Below the pieces are notes generated by a model. The model ran no database searches and had not been told where the DNA came from. It saw only the letters and a program-made list of their open reading frames with translations. Positions 1 to 21,295 of a DNA stretch of 64,000 nucleotides are shown here, piece after piece. The stretch is from Hormiphora californensis. Its lineage: Eukaryota; Animalia; Ctenophora. Every line of letters starts with the position of its first letter. Positions within the stretch are counted from its first letter, which is position 1. Location: positions 2,914,001 through 2,978,000 of the forward strand of contig CM035350.1 of assembly GCA_020137815.1 (NCBI GenBank), in the 5' to 3' direction. Made by a program: the position numbers and the translations under genes.

Positions 1-1550
1 GAGGGATCACACGGAGGAATGGCCAAGGTCGACAGCGCTACATTTCCTGGATCGTCTGAGGAATGCATCTTTCTTTCTCTGGAATTATGTGCAGAGGAAT
101 GGATCATTCTCTGAGGTAGTAGTAACCTAATTTACAGGAAATGCGCTCAATATTTTCAGAGATTTATTTGGGAACCTAGATGTGTTCTGATAGAAGTGTT
201 CAAAAGAAGGCGTTCTGACGGAGGCGTTCTGAAGGAGCTGGATTGTATGCTACAAGGATAAGGAAGATGTTCTGTAGGAGGTGCAAGGATGGAGGAGAGA
301 TAGCACGGTGATACGAGTTGGATGTGATCTCGGATACTGGAGGATAACAAGTGGGACTGTGGGAGTGGGAGGTGCATTGCTGTAATGTGTGGAACTGTTG
401 ATAAGCTGATAAGAGGGAGGGATATTCTTCAACTTGGAACAGAAATTTTACGCGGGTATGATGCGAAGTTCTCGGTAAGTAGACAGCATGCAGTATGACG
501 TACGTTTTAGGATCAATCGGCAGGTTTTGTAGGCTGTCTATTCACTCTATCATTCAGGGGGAGAATCATGTTTCAATAAATTGTATTACATTTTTGATTG
601 TGGTAGTCGGGACACTATTTGCACAGGGGCTCGAGAGATGGAGGCCGGGCAGGTGGGGATCTGCATGTGTATAGTAGTATACAATCGAAAATCTGTTGCA
701 TATTGAGGGCTTTATGGAAAGAGCCCGATTTAGAGAGTTTGTGAGCTCTAAATTACAGTATGGGTTATCAAATGACGAATATACGGAATTCGGGCGGTAG
801 GGGTTTACATAATTGAGCATAGAAGGGTGGATTCAGCTAGCTTGGGTTTAGGGCAAAAGTATTTTGTATTCATAGAGCTTGTAATTCGACGGTGCATGGG
901 GTCTTGTATGTTCACGTTTGGGGAATTGTGAAGAGCCGCATTAATACGAATGTTTTACATAGCCCTTAGCTCCAACCACACATTTATTTTCCTACTGTGA
1001 GTGCTAGTGCAACTGTCGAGGTTGAGTAATGAGTTATTTGCATATCATGTCTGAGAAAACAAGGTATTGGGTCATCAAGAGACGAGTTAGAGAATAGTAC
1101 ATGTGATTAGGGTGAAAACAATTTTGGACGGCTCAACATTCAGGCTATTTAGCCGGAGGCTAATCATACTCACAACTGACAAGTTGCAAAAGCCTAGTCT
1201 AGTGACTTCCCGAGCCTTCGAATACAAAAAGTGTTGGTTGGACAATAATGTTATTGTTATTGTATTGTCAGCAAGTTCAATCCCAAAACCTCACGTAAGG
1301 CAAACGTATAGAACTTCATAGAGCGCTAATTCTCTGTAAAAAAGTAACCTCATTGAGAAATGGCTGCCCCTGTTGGCGTGGCGTAACATTAGTCGAGTAA
1401 TTACTTGATAGTAGAGACTCATGAGTCATTCAATATTATATCTAAGTCCTTCCATTTTCCAATACATTTTTAGCTCCCATTCCATCACGTTGAGTTCTTA
1501 GTAAGAACTTCTTACCACTTTACTGCAGAAAACTGGCGGCGATGGGGAGA
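1..1550 (-). mobile_element. Possible heavily decayed non-LTR retrotransposon (L1/Tx1-like RT) remnant
   Basis: Stop-ridden minus-strand translation gives weak RT-like fragments (LNVMEW, RQQGQPF, SG/LNVEPSKI) in the expected order; no intact ORF. Confidence 0.25.
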
Positions 1551-4500
1551 AATATGGAGTACCTATAGTTATACTATCGATATTATTGAGTGTACGAGAT
1601 CATGAACACACACACTGCCAGACCAATACTCTGACCAGCCGGTTCTCGAGAGAATAGGGTCATGCAAATAGTTTTCACTGTTCTAGAAATTATACGTCGT
1701 GTCCATAAATTATGGCACGGTAAGATAAAGGATCAATTTAAAGCAACTCACGCTGTTAACAGTTAACTTCTTCTTGTCACGTTTTGCCATGTTCAATGAA
1801 CAGCTATTTTAAAAATTTCACAAGACGCTTTTCGAACAATTTGCTGGTCTATCGGCATGTCCTCTAGTATAGTTTCCGTTGTTAGAACCAGGGCTTGGCT
1901 GGCAGCTGTTGAATCGCATCTAACGGTCTGGTGACATTGTTCATGTCACAGTGAGGTATCAAATTCATCTGAGCGCGAACTCCGCACTGTTCAAAAGTAG
2001 AGTTGTGTGCGCGCAGTCAACATGTGAGGGATGCGCGTGGGAAATGTACTGTGTACTTTCTAGGAATACATTGTTTACACATACAATCCATTGTACTGCA
2101 TGTAAAGAAAAACCAACGGTGGACGAAAGATGATGGTTAAATGATGGGCAGGCTACCACTGCTGCAGCGACAGCAACCCTAACTCAGTAATTGTGAGATA
2201 CCCCCATTTGATTCGACAGTGCGCACAGATGGGGTCGCCGGCGCCAGACAGAGATGTAGTTGGTACTACCATTGCCACCTTTTCTCGCTTCCACAGAAAA
2301 ATTGTTAGGGTGAAGTGCTATTAGCATTTTCACTGAACTCAACTACTAAGAGTTCACACGTGAAACGCAGCTTTTAGGCGGTCATAATGGTGCTCACTAT
2401 AGTATTGCGAAACTTTAATTACAAGCATTTTACTTGCCCCACCCTCCATTTCTGTCCCTCTAAGAGGGTCTCCCTTTTAATAGTATAGAAACTGTGCAGG
2501 CTGAGAGGGAGAGTGCGAATCGATAGAGAGGTAAAAGTTAATCTATAGTGAACTATAGGGTCTGCAAATGTAGGGGCCGGGGGAAGGTAAGCTGTGCGGA
2601 TTACAGAATCATTCTCCATGATGCAACAAGTCTTTTTTTCTCTCTCTCCCTCTCTCTCCCTCTCTACTACAAGGTGTATGGGGCTATGAGGGATCCTCGC
2701 ACCTTGAAATCAACATCAAACGGGGTTTACAAGAAATGAACACATTTTATTTAGACAAAAAACCAATAATTAGATCATTCGAATAAACACACAAGCCTTA
2801 CACAGACATATTACATGTAGCACACTTTTCAAAATACCACATCACGTGACAATTCGTTAAAAACTAGCCCCCAATTTTTGATATACGAGTGCAATGAGGG
2901 CTATAACATTGCAATCCTATTAAAAACAAATACGAACTGTGGGCACTGGGTTAGGAAAGCCCGGCCACTAACAAAACACATATCAATATCGGATGAGTTT
3001 CGAACATATTGACTCCTTTGTATAGCCAATAGCCATACCCCATGGTAAGGATATGGACGGCTATTTTACGTGGGTCTATCTCTATTCAAATGAGAGTTAA
3101 AATAACACATAAAGCACATCAGCCCTGTCACAGCACAGTTTTAAGGAGAACCTGTACTCAGACAAAGTAGGTGGTACACAGTACACATAAATTATTTTTT
3201 GTTATCAACACCAATATTAATGCCGCAGCAACAGTCTTGTAAAAATACTTCACACGCTAGACATTTTATGAACGTGGGTGCGGGGCACGAAACCCTGCCA
3301 CTTGTGTGATCCAATTGTGTGTACCCATATCCAGTTCTTAGCGGCAATATGCTGGTCCTGGGTTATCAACGTTTCTCCCTGGAAGAAAAGTGGTTTAAAA
3401 TGGCAAAAGACACGTGGATTTAGTTTTAATGGGGCTTGCACAGGGACAGTCTGGCGCCGCTGACTCCATCAAATTGGGGTATGGGCGCCGCCATACAGCA
3501 CAGGGATGGAGTTTCAAAGAAAATCGTTTACCTTTTTGATTGTGAATTGTCGTGACCCAGCACCAACTGTATAATTATCTGTCACCAGAAGAGCCGTGTA
3601 ACTCGATAACTGCTTAGAAAACACCTGATAGGGGCAAGGGTTAGGAGGTTGTTTCGGTTACATATTTACCTGGTAACAACAATGTTTGATTAGCACATCT
3701 CTCAACTTCCTCACTTCCTTGTCACACTAAAACCACTTGTTGTTGTTGTTGTTGTATGCGCCTCCGCTTCCAATCCTCTACTTGTGATTTTATCCCGTCC
3801 TGCAGCCAGTTCCTCACGCCCGAGAAGGACGGAGCTCAGGTTCCAGAGTTTCCTCTTTCCCCCGGGAGAGTTTTCTTCCTCCGTTTTATGTCCATGGTTT
3901 TGGAGATAAGGGTGGAATCGTCTCCCATAACTATCTTAACAGGTCCCATGTAGAGGACCGCACCAGCACTGTTTTCACATTGTGCCAGTCTCGGATATCT
4001 CCAGCGACCCTTGGTGAGTGGCATCTCAGCATTGATCGCTCTAGATGTGGCCTTGGCTAGGACAATTCGGACGCTCCATTGACTATGGCACCTTTGTAGA
4101 TTTTGCACTGCCAACCTCTGATTTGTAATCAGTACTCCATGTGGGTTCATGGAACATCACTTTTTGTTCGTGATGCAGATGCAGCGTCCGGCCGTTCATG
4201 GGGTAGTTAGGGCAGGTTCCTTCCCAATTAACGGAACTCTGGCGTGTGAAATGTTTAGTGGGTTAGGTATCTATGTGCGTCACTCATAGAAATTTGTTTT
4301 GTAGCATGGGATAGTGGTTTGTTCTGTTTGTTGATCAGGTTTTTGTGGAGGCTTGTTTGTTGGTAGAGACTGATGATGTTGGTTTGTTACCTTCATCGTT
4401 TGGGGGGTAATCGCCATTTGGGAATCTCCTACGCTTCTCATGGACTTTTGAAGAAGCGTAGGTAGTAGCGAGGCTACTGGTTAGTGTAGTTTCTCCCTGT

Positions 4501-5207
4501 TGGGCTACGGAAACACCCCTTGAGTTTATCTCGACCTCGGCGTGGGAATTTTGCCGAGAGTCGGTGGTAGCTAACCAGTTATGACCTAGCTTGTTAGACC
4601 TTTTATACCTGTCCAGAGGCTAGGTGGACAGAAGGTAGAGGGTGGCCAGTTGAGATTAGACCTCCTCCAGCCTGGACTTTTGCTGGAGGACGGGTTTTGG
4701 CCGGTATTTAGCCATCTACTTTGGCCCAGTGCACAAGGCTGGGGAGATGGTGTAATACCGGCCGGGGGTATCTCTATTCAGAGAGAGATGAGTCATGAGC
4801 GGATTAGAGAAAGGAAGAGAGAAAAACACACCACCCAAGGAGGGCAGCTCTGTTTCCTTGGAGTGGTATGTGAGATGCTCCAGGCAGTTCAAGAGCTTCA
4901 TGGTTTACCCCGGGGTATGCCGGGTCACCCCTGAAGATTCCCTGCCTGGTCTGTAGGACACTATTGCTATCTAAAAAAATAGACATTAGCCGCGGCCTGC
5001 ATCTCAAGGGCGTGGGAAGGAATCTCACCCTCCACTAAAACCACTAATTAGTAATGAAATTACCCCACCGCGAAAGCTCATATAATGCAAAAAATAGGGG
5101 TGACTTCGAGTAACCAACTAACCACCCTGTATAAAATCTCTGAAAGTATCTCTAACATCAGGTTTCGTTATTCGATGGAGTCCCGTTTGGGCCACTTAGC
5201 AGTTACC

Positions 5208-12985
<7,778 letters not shown>

Positions 12986-13479
12986 ACTACTGGTGGCGAG
13001 ACAGTGTCTTGGAGAGGTTTTGCTTGGTTCAATGTTGAAATGTTCCCAGCAGTAATCTCGTGCGAAAGACAGACTGCGTAGCATGGCAAGTTCAGACAAT
13101 GTGCATTTACCATATTTTATTATTTAGTAGTGGTCATCATCTAAACCCAAGGAGGACTCTATAATACCTAACCCTAACCTTTACAGTTTACACTAACCCC
13201 AAGTAACCCCTAAACTCGAACCCAAATAACGGCCCTAACACTTCTAAATGAGTATAGAGGCACAGCAAACTCCGGCGTAATATACGTAGTAACCGAGAGC
13301 CGATTTAGTAAAAACACTGATAGGAAGAATGGAGAAAATGATAGTGGCCTTGAGAATGGGATAGCGTAGTCGAAGAGGAAGAGGTAGATAAAAGGATCGA
13401 TATATTAGCATGGAGAGCGTCTAATATAAACCATATATGTAGAATGAGTTTCTTAATTTCAGTTATCTCTTTCTCTTTC

Positions 13480-13811
13480 TAGTGCGGAAATATGACGACA
13501 ATTTTTCGGCATACTCGTTCTAAAGCTAATTCCACTTCTAGGGTACTCCATAATAGGGTACCTAGAAACACCCCTATGGTTCTGGCTTCAGGCTGAAAAC
13601 ACCCTGTAACCAATTAGACCCAATTAAGTCAAGTTCTTCATCGCCGATTTTGCGACAAACTCAGGGGTTATCAGGCACTGACTGTACAGTGTACATAGCA
13701 TTAGCGGGGGTGTTTCTAGGGACCCTATTATGGAGTACCCTAGAAGTGGAATTAGCTTTAGAACGATTATGCCGAAAACTTGCAGGATTTCGACGTCATA
13801 TTACCGTACTA
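13480..13811. mobile_element. MITE with ~95-bp TIRs, possible TA TSD
   Basis: tagtgcggaaatatgacg...ctagaaacacccc is mirrored by ggggtgtttctag...cgtcatattaccgtacta. Confidence 0.75.
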
Positions 13812-13858
13812 TTCTCTCTTTCTCTTTCTTTCTCTCTCTTTCTTTCTCTCTCTTTCTT

Positions 13859-13896
<38 letters not shown>

Positions 13897-14139
13897 CTCT
13901 CTCCCCTCTTTTCCCTCTCCTCTCTTCTCCCCCCTTCTCCCCCCCCCTATCTCCTCTTTTTCTTCCTCTCTCCTCCTTTCTCTTCCGGGTTCTCCGGATG
14001 CCCGGGGGCTCTCCTTCACCCCTCCTTCCCCCCACCACGTCCCGGGGTACCCCCCCCAAAACTTAAAAAAAACGGGCAATTTTTTTTTTTTTAAACTAAT
14101 TTTACAATTAACTTTTTAACGATCAAAAAGGTTTTACAT

Positions 14140-15645
14140 GCTGCTTGTATGGGAATACGGTTCTGAATTAGGGTATCACCATCACGGTTTCTAAAATACA
14201 TGATTTTGGTTAAAATTTCCCGTTTGTCAATCTGGCCAGTATATGACTTGATTTTCGCAAAAAAGGGAAAAATTGATCAAAAACGTTCCATTTCCAGGGC
14301 CCCCCAAAGGGGGTCTACAAACCACCAAAAAAATTACCCCGCGGGTACCGCGATGGAGAAATCGGGGCTTTCCGGGTTTTATTTTGCCCGCAAATATAGC
14401 TAGGCGAAGCGATATACGGGAAAAAACCCCGGGGAAAAAATTAAAAGAATAAGGGGCCAAATTTGTAGCGTCCTCGCTTAGTGGGGGGAGGTGCTGGAAA
14501 ATTAAAGTTCTATCTTATCAGGTTAATTAGATAATTTGGGTAATTAGATGCGCAATAGCCCTTTTTATGGTTTTTAACGGGAAAAACCAAACTTTTGGAA
14601 GGGTAAAAAAAAACCGGGGTATGGGGATACGTCCCCGAATTTGGGGGGGAGGGACCAAATAATTCCATCTCACGCGTTAAAATTTGATAAATTATAAAAG
14701 TATCGCATAAACCCTTTTTTTTGGTTACATGGCTAAGCCACAAGAATGGGTTTTGAGACTTTCTTGGTGCCATTTTTGTAGGCAAAACCAAGTTATTTGG
14801 GGGGTCGGGGCTGGCCCTTTAAATCAAATTCAAAACCCTTTTAAACCCTCATTTGGCTTTAAAGTGCTCAAAGTGAGCAAAATGCGGTAAAAAGACCGAT
14901 TGTGAGCACCTTTAAAGCCATATAAAACGGCTAAATGGTTGAATATAGAGCTTAAAAGTCCGACGTCGACCCCCCATAACTTGGCTATTGCCTACAAAAT
15001 GGCACCAATGAAAAGTCTCTAAACCATTCCTAAGTGGCTATAGCCATGTAACCTAAAAACGGTTATGCGCATACCTAATTATCCAATTATCTAATTAACG
15101 CGATGAGATAGGAACTTAATTTTGGTACCTACCCCCACTAATTCGAGGACGCTGATCACTCTAGTACCCTCGGTTTTTTCTCTACTCCATTCCAAAGATG
15201 GTTTTACCGTATAACCATAAAACGGCTATGTGCGCATCTAATTATCCAATTATCTAATTAACCTGATAAGATAGAGACTTAATTCCAGCACCTACCCCCA
15301 CTAATGCGAGGACGCTACACACTTTAGTGCCCTTGATTTCTTTTCTACTTGTTTCCAAAGACGGTTTTTACCGTATATCGCATTCGTCCTAGCCTATATT
15401 TATGCAGGTGCAAAATAAACCCGGAAATGACCGATTTCTCCATCGCGGTACCCGCGGTAAATTTTTTTGGTGGTTGTAGAGACCCATTGGAGGGCCCTGG
15501 AAGTGCAATCGCTTTTAGATCAATTAGTTCCATTTCACAACGTCATATGACTGGCCTAATCTGGCGCTCTGATTGGTCTCGTCATACCGTTTTTCACTGA
15601 TACCGTACGTGTTGAACCGATACCGTATTCTCACTTAGCAAGCAC
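14140..15645. mobile_element. ~1.5-kb foldback element centred near 14885; left arm is error-laden
   Basis: For example cgcgggtaccgcgatggagaaatcgg (~14340) is the reverse complement of ccgatttctccatcgcggtacccgcg (~15431); arms converge at ggctttaaagtgctca / tgagcacctttaaagcc. Confidence 0.7.
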
Positions 15646-16438
15646 CCCTGTCAGCACACACCTACGGCAAAATTAAAATTTGACGTTTTTGGTCAAAACT
15701 CTGCCATTTCTTTTGGCAAAATTGCTTAATTTTGGACTCGTTGGAAAGAGGGCATCAAGCTCGTTCTGAACAGCCCAGGAAACCTGAAATCGGCGCAAAA
15801 TAGGCGTTTTAAAAGTTTAAAGTGAGAGAGAACAGCCCCGATTTTGATGAAACTTGGTCAGAATAGTGTTTGGTGTCTAATTAGAAGTGAAAAAAATTTT
15901 TAGTGCTCAAATCCTAAAATTAGGATTTTTAGGATTTTTAGGGTTTTCAGCTTTTATGGGTTTCAGGAACGTCTTAGAACAAAATGAATAGAACCATCTT
16001 TCTCGGCGTGAAATTCTGCATCGATTATAGTGGTTGTAAACCTTTCTATGACGTAAGGTTCAGAAGTTATCGCGAAAAACCCCAAACGGGTACATGTGTT
16101 AGGGGCGGGTTCATGTTTTAGGCTAACGGGCGAACCTCTTGTCAGAACACCATCTTATAGGGTGTCAATCGACGCGTATTGATAAAGAGATCATTTTAGT
16201 GAAAACTATTTTGATCTGCGATGTCTGTGTAACGAATGAAACCTAAAAAACCTTACTGAATGAAGCATACCCGTTTGGCTAAAAGGTTTTTTAGGTTTCA
16301 TTCGTTACACAGACATCGCAGATCAAAATAGTTTTCACTAAAATGATCTCCTTATCAATACGCGTCGATTGACACCCTATAAGATGGTGTTCTGACAAGA
16401 GGTTCGCCCGTTAGCCTAAAACATGAACCCGCCCCTAA

Positions 16439-17532
16439 GGGGAAACTCTAACTGAATGGCATCCCATTAATGGGATCCCATCAACAGTAAAACTCTAACT
16501 GATAATGGACCACAGTGATGGTTCTTTCTCTGTATTCTCTCTGTGTGCTATTTTTTCAAATGCCTAATTTAATTCAAATTGCACTTGGTATCGGGTTAAA
16601 TGAGCTCCTACGATCATTCTAAAACATTTTATCACAAAGTTTTGGCTCTACCATGGCCCAATTACGTTGGCACGAGCTATGCCCATATATGGGCATATTC
16701 ATTTCAAAAAGTCTGTTTTAGGGCGTGATTTCGAACAAAACACACATATAAATCGTCTCGTGACAACTTATACAACTGTTACTTTCAGTTTGAGTCTTCA
16801 GATATCCACTTTATGAACAAAAATAAAAATTTTTCTCCCTTTTTTTCTTGCTAATTTTACCAACTTGCAGAATCGTGGGGACGAATTTTAATTTTTTTAA
16901 GTTTTTTCTTGGTGGAAAGCAAATTTCGGTTGTAATCGACTAATTTTGGCCTGCGGAACACGATCCCGTTCATGAAAAAGCTCTCAAAATTTAAGAACAT
17001 GTCCAAAATGAACATTTTTTGTCAAAAATGAACATTTTTAGGTCAAAAATAAACTTTAGCATCATTTAATGATGCATATCAATTCTTGTCAGTTTCGAGG
17101 TGCTGAACACGATCCTGAACATAAAAAGTTGATATCAAGAACATGTCAAAAACTGGTGAAAACCACACATATTTCCCTGTTTTTACCATTTTTCGGTTAA
17201 AAACTACACTTTTTAAATCGCGATGCCAACGTAATTGACAAACACTATCTCGATTCTGTTTTGCTGATGTGATAGAGAATTGTCCATAGTTTCACATTAG
17301 CTAGATACTGAATGGCCTAGTCGAAAAAATTTGAAATAGCACACCCTAGTGTGCGCCCGTGCCCGGGCATGCCCTATAGTTCTTTCTCTGTATTCTCTCT
17401 GTAGGCAGTACATAGATGTACTGCCTACAGAGAGAATACAGAGAAAGAACCATCACTGTGGTCCATTATCAGTTAGAGTTTTACTGTTGATGGGATCCCA
17501 TTAATGGGATGCCATTCAGTTAGAGTTTCCCC
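16439..17532. mobile_element. PIF/Harbinger-like (Tourist-type) palindromic MITE with TAA TSD
   Basis: TAA|ggggaaactctaactgaatgg ... ccattcagttagagtttcccc|TAA; it interrupts the right arm of the Kolobok-like element. Confidence 0.75.
16545..17378. mobile_element. Innermost insertion with a hAT-like right end, flanked by a 24-bp direct duplication
   Basis: gttctttctctgtattctctctgt at 16521-16544 and 17379-17402; short IR gtgtgctatt / aatagcacacccta. Confidence 0.6.
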
Positions 17533-18019
17533 TAACACATGTACCCGTTTGGGGGTTTTCGCGATAACTTCTGAACCTTACGTCATAGAAAGGTTTACAA
17601 CCACTATAATCGATGCAGAATTTCACGCCGAGAAAGATGGTTCTATTCATTTTGTTCTAGGACGTTCCTGAAACCCATAAAAGCTGAAAACCCTAAAAAA
17701 CCTAAAAATCCTAATTTTAGGATTTGAGCACTAAAAATTTTTTTCACTTCTAATTAGGTACCAAACACTATTCTGACCAAGTTTCATCAAAATCGGGGCT
17801 GTTCTCTCTCACTTTAAGATTTTAAAACGCACATTTTGTGCCATTACGCCGCACATTTTTTGCCGCGCAAGTTTCTTGGGCTTTTCAGAACGAGCTCGAT
17901 GCCTTCTTTCCAATTTTGCCAAGAAGTGGCAGAGTTATGACCAAAAACGTCAAATTTTAATTTCAATTTTGTCGTAGGTGTGTGCCGACCCAAACTCCTA
18001 ATGTACAAAATAAGCATGT

Positions 18020-18520
18020 AATGAGAGCCGAGTGTTAATTAACAATTCTTTGTACTCTGTCAACCAAGAACAGCTAATCAAATCAATTATGATTTATCAA
18101 GCCACGTCGTCATGGATAATAAAGCAATATCCGTAGAAGTCAGTTCTGTCACCTGACGGCTGTCTGTCACGACATTTTTTCACACACCAACATACACAAT
18201 GCAATTGCACTTTACGATGAAAACAAGTGTCCTATTAAATGTCCAATGTATCAACAAAGTATCCTCTATAGCATTATTTGGGATTATTGTAGGTAGTGGA
18301 GAAGATCTATAGAAGGATGGTGTTTTAGTTGGCAGTGGTGGGTTGGGTCACGTTAAACAAATCCGATAACTGACTGAAGAACGTATCCAATCCTTCTTCA
18401 ACTTCCTGAAACAGAGTGTAATTGAAATCTGAGATAGCGAAGGACTTGGTAGGGGTTTTTAATCATCTTGTTGTTACATTTCTTGTATCGATAGTAATCT
18501 ATTTTCAGCCGGATGATAGA
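18020..18520 (-). mobile_element. Decayed LINE APE-endonuclease fragment
   Basis: Minus frame reads FAISDFNY...LSDLFNVTQPTTAN*NTILL*IFST, matching GDFN and PT..N.LDLIF motifs with stops. Confidence 0.4.
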
Positions 18521-19939
18521 CGAGACAGCCTGAAAACGTCATGGTTCCTACTTAAAGTTTTGAGTCGTTTTGACTATAAAATGCATGCGAGCAGGACCCA
18601 GGAGAATCTGAACACATGAGCGCGCGAGAAATGTACCGCGCAGCATCCAAAAACTAGCAATACCCTCCCACACTGAGACTCAACAAAAGCGAGAGAGAGA
18701 CAATTATTCGAATTTCGATATCTATTATCTTTCTCTACTATACAGCCTGTTTCTCAAATCTCAATATCATTATATTCGTTCTTACTTGACACCATGGGCA
18801 ACCGAAGTTGGAGGAATGTTTATAAGCGATTTTTGAGAAAAGCAAGATGTTTATTGTGTGGAAAATTGAGAGTTATGTACAATGCTTTGAAAGCCTACAC
18901 TTTTCTATTCATAGAGAACAGATTTATACGTAGAGGCATATTTTACATTTTGCTCTTTATTCAGCCTCCACAGATGTAACTCATTTATTAGACTAAAATG
19001 GGTAGGAAACAAAGAGACGGAAAGTTGTGTTCCAGAATGAACGATTCCCGATAAGAAAATTAAAGGTAGGTGGACTTTCCAAAAACATGATGAACGAGCA
19101 TGACATGACATCATCGTCACATAAAGTTTGGTAACGAAGTTACCCCTCAGGCATCGCGGTAGTACCAAACATGAAGTCGGATTTTTTCTGAAAATTTTCA
19201 CCCCCTTTTAAACCCTGCGGCGTCGTATTTTTTATTTGGGAGCCCCCCTTTTCTCTCACTTTAAAAGGCAAAAAAAAAAACCGCATTACACACCGAAAAG
19301 GGCATATTTTGAGCCGGAAAAAATTTTTATTTACAAATTAGTCATACAACAAAAGAATTTTTGAGAGCCAAACCAAATTTTCCGTCGCACAAATAAAAAA
19401 TATTGCGCCCCCAGGGGGGGTGACAACTTCGAAAAATCCGACCCCTTTTTAAAAACCTTTTTTTGGGGGTGGAAAAGGAAAAAAAAGGGGTTTTTTTTTT
19501 TTTCCCTTTTTCGACGGTTTCGCTTTAGATCCTTTCCCCAATCAAACCCCCACCTGGGGTTTAAAAGAGAGAGAAGAGGAGGAGAAGAGGAGCGAGAGAG
19601 AGAGAGAAAAATAAAAAGGAAGATAGGCTAAGAGATAGAAATAAGGAAAATAAAGAAAAAAAGGGTCCCCATAAAGGCCCCCGAGCTAGGGGTCTCTCCT
19701 CATCTTTTCTTTTGCCCGACGTTGTCTCTTAAAGGAAGCCCAGAGAGAACCCAGAGCCCCCCGTGCGAAATTCCCCTTTGGTTACAACCCAAAAAACAGA
19801 ACTGTTCTCTTTTGCCTACTGACCTTTAAGGATGTTAAATTTCCCCCCCCCTTCCCCCCTTGTTTTTTTTGTTCAGGGGCAACCCCGAAAATGGTCTACT
19901 TTTTATGGTTTTTAGTCCCAAATTAAAAGGGGACGCTAA

Positions 19940-21295
19940 CCAAAAATTTTTTTTGGGCAGGGAAAACCCTCACCGTAGGGTTGGCCCTACCAGGAGAAAC
20001 CCCCAAAAAGGGAATTTTAGCCCCTTAAAGGGCGAAATTCATATTTTTTGCTACAAGGGTGTTTTTAAAAAATGTCCTGTAAAACGTTTTTTTTGGGATC
20101 TCAAAAAATTTTTTAAAAGATAGGGGGCATGAAAAATTTGGGGGGGTTTTTAAAAGACCTGAAGGGTTAATAAAAAACCACAAAATTTTTTTTTTTGCAA
20201 TCCAGCGTTTTTTCCGGCCCTTTTAATGGATTTCTTTTTTTCCACCTTTTTAAACCCCCTTTTTTGGCAATTTCCAAAAACATTGAAAGCGAAAATTTGG
20301 GGTGAAAATTTGCGTCAAAACGATTATCTAGGGGCCCAAAATTTTGGGCGGCCCTTTATTTGAGTAGCGTACAGAGTTTTTTTTTGAAAGCCATCATTCA
20401 GAAATAAAAATTTCCCCGTTTTCAAAACGACTGATCGTAGAACCAGACTTGCTTAACTTTTGAAGGGCCCCATTTTTTTTGGGGGGTCTTCGAGAGACAT
20501 TTTTGCCCCCCACTTTAACCGTTTTTGCGAATTGCGAAAAACAAAATTTTATTAAAGGGGAAAAACTAAACCAATATCCGTAATTAGGGAATTTTGGTAA
20601 GAAAGGGACCGAACCTTGGAAAATGTGAACAAAGCAATTCCTTCACTATTTGGTCCATATGGGGCCCTATAAACACCAAAAAAAAATCACAAAAAAAACC
20701 ACGATGGGGGAGATGGGTTTTTGTTTTTTTTCGCAATTTCAAAAAACGTTAAGTGGGGCAAAAAGTCTCTCCAAAAACCCCCCCCAAAACGGACCTTCTG
20801 ATCGTTTAAGCTAGTCCCCAGGGTTTTACATCAGTCGTTTTTTAATACGGGAATTTATTTATTTCTGAAATGATTGCTTTCCCCAAAAAAAAAACCGCAC
20901 TTATCTCAAAAAAACACGCCCCAAAATTTATGGCCATTTGAAATCTTTAGACCAAATTTTCCCCCATTTTCACTTCACTGTTTTCGGGAAATTTTGCCAA
21001 AAGGGGGTTAAAGTGGAAAAAAAAAAATCCTCCAGGCCCGGGAAAACAGCTCGGGTTGCAAAAAAAAATTTTGTGGTTTTCCCCTTCATGTCCCTTAAAC
21101 CCCCCAAATTTTCATGCTCCTTTTTTAAAAAAAATTTTTTTGAGATGCCAAAAACGTTTTACGGACATATTTTAAACAGCTGTACAAAAAATGAATTCGA
21201 TTAAGGCTCAAATTGCATTTTTGAGGCTCCTTGGGGCCCTAAACCAGGGTGAGAGATTTCCCGCATCAAAAAAATTTTGGTTGCGTACCCCAAAA
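19940..21295. mobile_element. Garbled, uninterrupted copy of the Kolobok-like family at 28418-30792
   Basis: Shares gggacgctaaccaaaa...ttttggttgcgtacccc ends and internal blocks with 28418-30792, with many homopolymer distortions. Confidence 0.7.

Larger units (their letters stand above)
15821..17813. mobile_element. Kolobok-like non-autonomous foldback element (TTAA TSD, AG...CT ends)
   Basis: TTAA at 15817-20 and 17814-17; left arm 15821-16253 pairs with 16283-16435 plus 17533-17813. Confidence 0.75.
15650..17989. mobile_element. Outer palindromic MITE (gtcagcacacacc...ggtgtgtgccgac) hosting nested insertions
   Basis: 15650-15815 is an imperfect reverse complement of ~17820-17989; a related end occurs at ~47390-47414. 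Confidence 0.7.

Noticed and set aside
2700-3600. Possible decayed transposase or coding remnant
   Set aside because: No motif I could identify in any frame.
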